DNA from: a virus
Reading direction: 5' to 3' (one strand)
Virus record (IMG/VR): IMGVR_UViG_3300045972_000291
Span: 377 to 64,376 of that record
Length of the DNA stretch: 64,000 bases
Below, in pieces: positions 61,799 through 64,000 of this stretch; positions within the stretch are counted from its first letter, which is position 1; every line of letters starts with the position of its first letter. The notes beneath the pieces are model-generated. The model worked only from the letters and a program-made list of their open reading frames with translations, was not told where the DNA came from and made no database searches. A program made the position numbers and the translations under genes.

Positions 61799-62599
61799 AT
61801 GGCTGACTGGGACAAAATCCTGCTGGCCGTCGCGCCGCATGGGAAACCGGCTGTTCGCGATGGTTTCGCGGCCTCGCTGGATGCCTGCGTTGCGCGCGCG
61901 GACCTATCCTCAAAACTGAGGCTGGCGCATTTCATCGCACAGACCGCGCACGAAAGCGCCGGGCTGGCGACCACGACCGAATACGCCAGTGGTCGCGCCT
62001 ATGAGGGTCGCAAAGACCTCGGCAACGTCTTTCCGGGCGACGGCGCGCGCTTCAAAGGGCGCGGCCTGATCCAGCTTACCGGGCGCGCGAACTATGAGAA
62101 ATTCGGCAAAGCCCTCGGGCTCGACCTTGTCGGCGCTCCCGCAAGCGCGGCGACGTTCCCTACCGCGGCTCTGACCGGGGCCGAATATTGGCGCGAGCGC
62201 GGGTTGAACGCCCCCGCTGATCGCGATGACATCGAGGGCGTGACGCATCGCGTCAACGGCGGCCTGAACGGGCTGGCCTCGCGCAAGGCGTTCCTCGCCA
62301 AGGCCAAACACGCGCTGTCCGACCTCAAGGGCGCGCTGACCGCGCGCGCGGCAGAAGAAACCCACAAGGCGACCGCAAAAGCCGCATCCGCCACGGCGGC
62401 AGCCACGACCGGAGCCGCTTCGGTCGCGCCGGTCATTGTTCCGAACGCCGCGACGCACGCCGCCCTCGGCAGCGGTGGCGAATGGGCCCTGATCGCCCTT
62501 GGCCTAGCGCTCGCTGCTGGCGCGGCCTTTCTTTTCTTCTCGATCCGCAAGCACCAGGACGCAGCCGCCGCGCTGACGTCTGCCTCTCAAGGAGTCTGA
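61799..62599 (+). CDS. Endolysin, glycoside hydrolase family 19, with C-terminal TM helix
   Basis: RLAHFIAQTAHES, KGRGLIQLTGRANY, VNGGLNGLASR; WALIALGLALAAGAAFLFF. Confidence 0.92.
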   Translation: MADWDKILLAVAPHGKPAVRDGFAASLDACVARADLSSKLRLAHFIAQTAHESAGLATTTEYASGRAYEGRKDLGNVFPGDGARFKGRGLIQLTGRANYEKFGKALGLDLVGAPASAATFPTAALTGAEYWRERGLNAPADRDDIEGVTHRVNGGLNGLASRKAFLAKAKHALSDLKGALTARAAEETHKATAKAASATAAATTGAASVAPVIVPNAATHAALGSGGEWALIALGLALAAGAAFLFFSIRKHQDAAAALTSASQGV

Positions 62600-62601
62600 C
62601 C

Positions 62602-63147
62602 ATGGCTGATCTCAAAGACCTCGAAGCCCTCGGCGCGACGCTGCTGCAAAAGGGCCTCCCCATCCTCGGCGGCATCATCGGCGGCCCTGTCGGCGGCATC
62701 ATCGGCAATGTCGCCGGATCCGTCATTGGACAACTTGCGACGACGCTGGGCCTGCCTGCTGATGCGCCTCCGGCTGTGATCCAAGCGGCGGTGCAGGCCG
62801 ATCCGCAGGCGAGCGAAAAGCTGTCGGCGCTGGAGGATGCGCAGAAGACCGCGCTCGCTTTCGCACAGTTGCAGGTCGATCAGAACAACGCCGAACTGGC
62901 GACGAAGACAGGCTCCACCGGGCTTGATTTTTTCTACGGCGGCTGGCGCCCGGCGATGGGTTGGGTCTCCGGGCCCGGCATCCTCGCCTATCAGATCGCA
63001 GCCTTCGCGGTTGGCTTCCCGCCGCTGCCTGACGCACTCGTGAACAGCTTCCTGCTGGTCTGGACGAGCATCGCCGGCCTGCGCACCTATGAGCGGTTTA
63101 CCGGCGTCGCGCTCGACACGCTGCCCATTGCAAAGCCGCGCAAATGA
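62602..63147 (+). CDS. 3TM-type holin
   Basis: Follows endolysin; GWRPAMGWV motif, hydrophobic segments, GLRTYER. Confidence 0.75.
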   Translation: MADLKDLEALGATLLQKGLPILGGIIGGPVGGIIGNVAGSVIGQLATTLGLPADAPPAVIQAAVQADPQASEKLSALEDAQKTALAFAQLQVDQNNAELATKTGSTGLDFFYGGWRPAMGWVSGPGILAYQIAAFAVGFPPLPDALVNSFLLVWTSIAGLRTYERFTGVALDTLPIAKPRK

Positions 63148-63193
63148 TGGGTCTTTCCGGCGCCCATGCCGGGAAAATGAAGGGACAGAAACC

Positions 63194-63481
63194 ATGTCAC
63201 TGGCCCTGATCTGGCCGGCAGTCGTCGGCTGCTGGCTCATTATCCTCACCATAAGGTCAATCACCATGTCCAAAGAACTTGACGCCCTCATCGCCAATGA
63301 AGCCGCCCTCGAAGCCGTCGTGGGCCAGGTTGTGACCGACAACGCGGAAATCCACGCCGAACTGACCGCGGCGCTGGCCAATGCCGATGTCGGCGCCATC
63401 CAAGGCGTCGCCGACAAGCTCGCCGCGCAGACCGCGAAGCTGTCCGCGCTCGTCACCCCGCCGGCCGCCCCGAGCGCCTGA
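63194..63481 (+). CDS. i-spanin-like protein (TM + coiled coil)
   Basis: MSLALIWPAVVGCWLIIL followed by heptad-rich helix. Confidence 0.45.
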   Translation: MSLALIWPAVVGCWLIILTIRSITMSKELDALIANEAALEAVVGQVVTDNAEIHAELTAALANADVGAIQGVADKLAAQTAKLSALVTPPAAPSA

Positions 63482-63570
63482 CGCGCCAACACCCGCGCGC
63501 CAATCGCGGCGCGCGGGAATCACCTTGCGGCATCAGAGCGCCAATAACTGGCGGTGGAAAGGATCGGTCC

Positions 63571-63687
63571 ATGGGACGCATCGGATCTTGGCTCATCACC
63601 GCCTTTTGTGTCGCCGGGCTGCTGCTCGCGCTCGCGTTCGGTGCCTTGCGAGGGCTTTACGAGGCCCTTGACGAGCGACGCTCATGA
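63571..63687 (+). CDS. Small membrane protein (38 aa)
   Basis: Hand-translated MGRIGSWLITAFCVAGLLLALAFGALRGLYEALDERRS; SD AAAGGA; stop overlaps next ATG. Confidence 0.5.
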   Translation: MGRIGSWLITAFCVAGLLLALAFGALRGLYEALDERRS

Positions 63688-63911
63688 CCGCCCGCGCGGA
63701 ACCCTGCGCGCGCGGCCTTTTCTACATCCAGGACCGCCACACCGGCGCGTTCCGCGAGCACACGCTGGCGCCGGGCGAACCCGTCGTCTTTTCGTGCGCC
63801 GCCATGGCCCAAAATTTCGTCGACCTCATCGGCGGCGACTGGCGCGTCGTGGAGACGCTGCCGATCGAACAAGAGCGGGCGCTGGTCCCGCCGGAAAGGA
63901 ATTGCAGATGA
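63684..63911 (+). CDS. Hypothetical protein
   Basis: Coupled ORF. Confidence 0.5.
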   Translation: MTARAEPCARGLFYIQDRHTGAFREHTLAPGEPVVFSCAAMAQNFVDLIGGDWRVVETLPIEQERALVPPERNCR

Positions 63912-64000
63912 GCGACGGCGGCTGGCAATGGTCGGATGCGAGCGGGATGGCGGCGGTGGGCGTCTTGTTCACGACGATCTCCGGATGGTTTTACAAAAAT
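63908..64000 (+). CDS. Membrane protein, truncated by window edge
   Basis: MSDGGWQWSDASGMAAVGVLFTTISGWFYKN; ATG overlaps previous stop. Confidence 0.5.
   Translation, partial: MSDGGWQWSDASGMAAVGVLFTTISGWFYKN

Noticed and set aside
63492-63517. Perfect 10-bp GC hairpin as an intrinsic terminator
   Set aside because: No U-tract on either strand; may be an mRNA stability element, but unsupported

Overview
The whole window is part of one temperate, contractile-tailed (myovirus-type) phage or prophage. GC-rich sequence, a GcrA homologue, a CtrA-like DNA-binding domain and the form of the initiator tRNA point to an alphaproteobacterial, probably Hyphomicrobiales, host (inference). The window begins inside a tyrosine integrase and ends in the lysis cassette, so no att sites are visible. 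Layout: (1) 1-15255, leftward early operon with integrase, excisionase, Gp37/68-like protein, C5 methyltransferase, J-domain protein, a DUF6745-like repeat protein and its partner, DEDDh exonuclease, a recombination pair and a Rha-like protein; (2) 15280-16830, lambda-like immunity region with cI/cro, two TTGACG promoters and 19-bp operators; (3) 17700-29230, rightward early and replication genes; (4) 29340-30231, iterons, a putative late promoter, a structured RNA candidate and three tRNAs; (5) 30250-56790, packaging, head, tail and baseplate genes, interrupted by secreted-protein morons and an RHH/antirepressor cassette; (6) 56800-64000, a 1485-aa signal-peptide esterase-like protein and lysis genes. 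Most notable: an HNH-AP2 endonuclease fused in frame inside a conserved small protein with no intein or intron signature; a 25 x 12-bp V-x-S-A repeat varying at one codon only; a cluster of host cell-cycle regulator mimics; a ~165-nt structured RNA ahead of atypical tRNAs; and signal-peptide proteins in the late operon. Family names come from motif recognition by eye; no database search was run.
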